DNA from: Mobula birostris | Lineage: Eukaryota | Length of the DNA stretch: 64,000 nucleotides | Direction: 5' to 3' | Assembly: GCF_030028105.1 (NCBI RefSeq) | Contig: NC_092383.1 | Location: forward strand, 86,447,921 to 86,511,920 | Shown here: positions 62,324-64,000 of the stretch, one piece after another | How positions within the stretch are numbered: the stretch's first letter is position 1 | Layout: the number at the start of each line of letters is the position of its first letter | Notes under the pieces: model-generated | Told to the model about the DNA's origin: nothing | What the model saw: only the letters and a program-made list of their open reading frames with translations | Databases searched by the model: none | Program-made: the position numbers and the translations under genes

Positions 62324-64000
62324 CTGTTAAAAGAAAATAAAATAAAATTTCAGCTGCTTTGTACTTGCAAGAACAAGAGAGCACAGTTATTAGACCAATA
62401 GGTACTTGAACATGGTGGACCAAAGGTGATCTATTACCTGATGCACATTTAAAGATTAAAGATGAGCTTTATTTGTCGCATGTACATCTGATCATACAGT
62501 GAAATGTATCGTTTACAACAGTTACCAACAGAGTTTGTGCTGGGGGCAGCCTGCAAGGGTTCCATGCTTCTCGCACCAAAATGGCTTCCATAGGACTTAC
62601 TCATCCTAACCTGTGCATTTCTGGAACGTGGGAGGAAACTGCGGCCCCAGAGGAAATCCTCGCAGTCACTGGGAGAACATACAAACAACTTGCAAACAGT
62701 GGTGGCAATTGGACCCTGATCGCCGATCGCTGGTGCTGTAATAGTGTTACAGTTAATTGCTGTGCTCCTGTGCAGCCAATTACATTTACTGGCAGTTTGG
62801 ATACAGGGAGATAATCCAACAGGATAATGCAGGAGGTTTTCTCAATGAAAAAGCAAGGTCTTTTGTTTCTCACATCTCTTGATGTCTCTACCTCTGAGAA
62901 AAATAACTCAATCTTTCTTGAATACTGGTTCACCACATTCTGGGAGAAGAAATCTTTCCTAATCCCAGTCTTAAATGTCTCACCCTTCAGATAATTTCTA
63001 AGATTCCAAGCTTACTTACTTACTGTCCGTTACACCACTGGTGTTTAGGGCAGCAATGAAGGTGTCCTATCTCTGGCAGTGTTCGGGGCTTCCTTCATTG
63101 TGTCAGTTGGTTCCTCTCGGTTTTCACTGCTGTCAGTCATGCAAGTCCCAGGTAGAGACTGAGCAATACCGTCAAACTCTGATGGAGAGGAATTTTTCAT
63201 TTCTGTTTCCATGACAATTTTGTTGAACCAATCAGGCTTGTCAGTCCTGAGTGAACCCCCCGAACGTGGAGGATTGGGGGACCACTCTAAGTCTGGCCCC
63301 TACCCTCTGACCTGTTCGGCATGGGTGACCCGATGAACTGCCAAAGCATAAAGCCCTCACTCCAGCCAACGTAGCTCTCTGCGTCATTGAGGCATGCAAA
63401 CCTCCAAATCTAACGACAAATTTGTGGTTCTCTTGGAGGTAAGTCTCATTAGACTATCCTGTATTCCCTGGCATTTGAAGCATCCTACCTGCATCTGTAT
63501 CACCCTGCTAAAATATTGCTCATTTCTATGTGATCACCTCTCAGCCTACTGAACTCCATCAAATAAAAACCAATTACATTTGCTCTCTGATCTTGTGTCA
63601 CTTGTGGCATTCCAGAAATCAGTCTGCTGATCCTTTGCTTGCCTTCTTCCTTAACAAGAACATCTTTCATTGAACCAAATCTGCTGACAATGCTGGTGGC
63701 CCAAGACTGAGGCTCGAGTCAATGTCTGATCGATTTAAGCTTCAGGCCAGAAAGGAAAGATCGGGTATGGGCCAAATCGAGGCGGTGAGTCCTGCGTACA
63801 AGAGCGTGTCAAAGCAGCAAGAACCCCTACCATCCAAGCTATGCTGTCTTCTTGCTGCTGTCAGTACGAAGGAGTTGCAGGGGGCTTAGATCCCATATTA
63901 CCAGGTTCAGGACCAATTATTATCTGCAACCTGTAGGCTCCTGAAACATCATGGATAAATTCACTCACCAACACTGAACTGATTCTGCAACCGATGGACT

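Overview
Vertebrate genomic DNA, inferred to be a cartilaginous fish (probably a ray) from the repeat families and gene type. Most of the window is transposon debris: CR1 LINEs of several ages, Rex1/Babar LINEs, a Penelope-like element, Ty3/gypsy remnants and solo LTRs, Tc1 remnants and V-/Deu-SINEs. The host content is a minus-strand immunoglobulin-superfamily receptor cluster resembling the skate modular domain immune-type receptors (MDIR; CD300/pIgR-like V domains plus FcR-like C2 domains). I reconstructed it exon by exon from splice sites and phases. Gene A (about 4.9-36.9 kb): RUNX/ETS promoter, leader, V-C2, V-C2, stalk, V-C2, stalk, 12-nt microexon, TM, cytoplasmic exon. Gene B (from about 52.9 kb, running off the right end) is a tandem paralog about 44-46.5 kb away that lost its membrane-proximal module. 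All four V exons are disabled by independent lesions, while the three C2 exons, stalk, micro, TM and cytoplasmic exons keep open frames and splice sites. Two phase-1-to-2 stalk exons cannot both be used in frame, which suggests a splice-switch setting ectodomain length. The terminal exon was not resolved, and identity figures are by-eye estimates.
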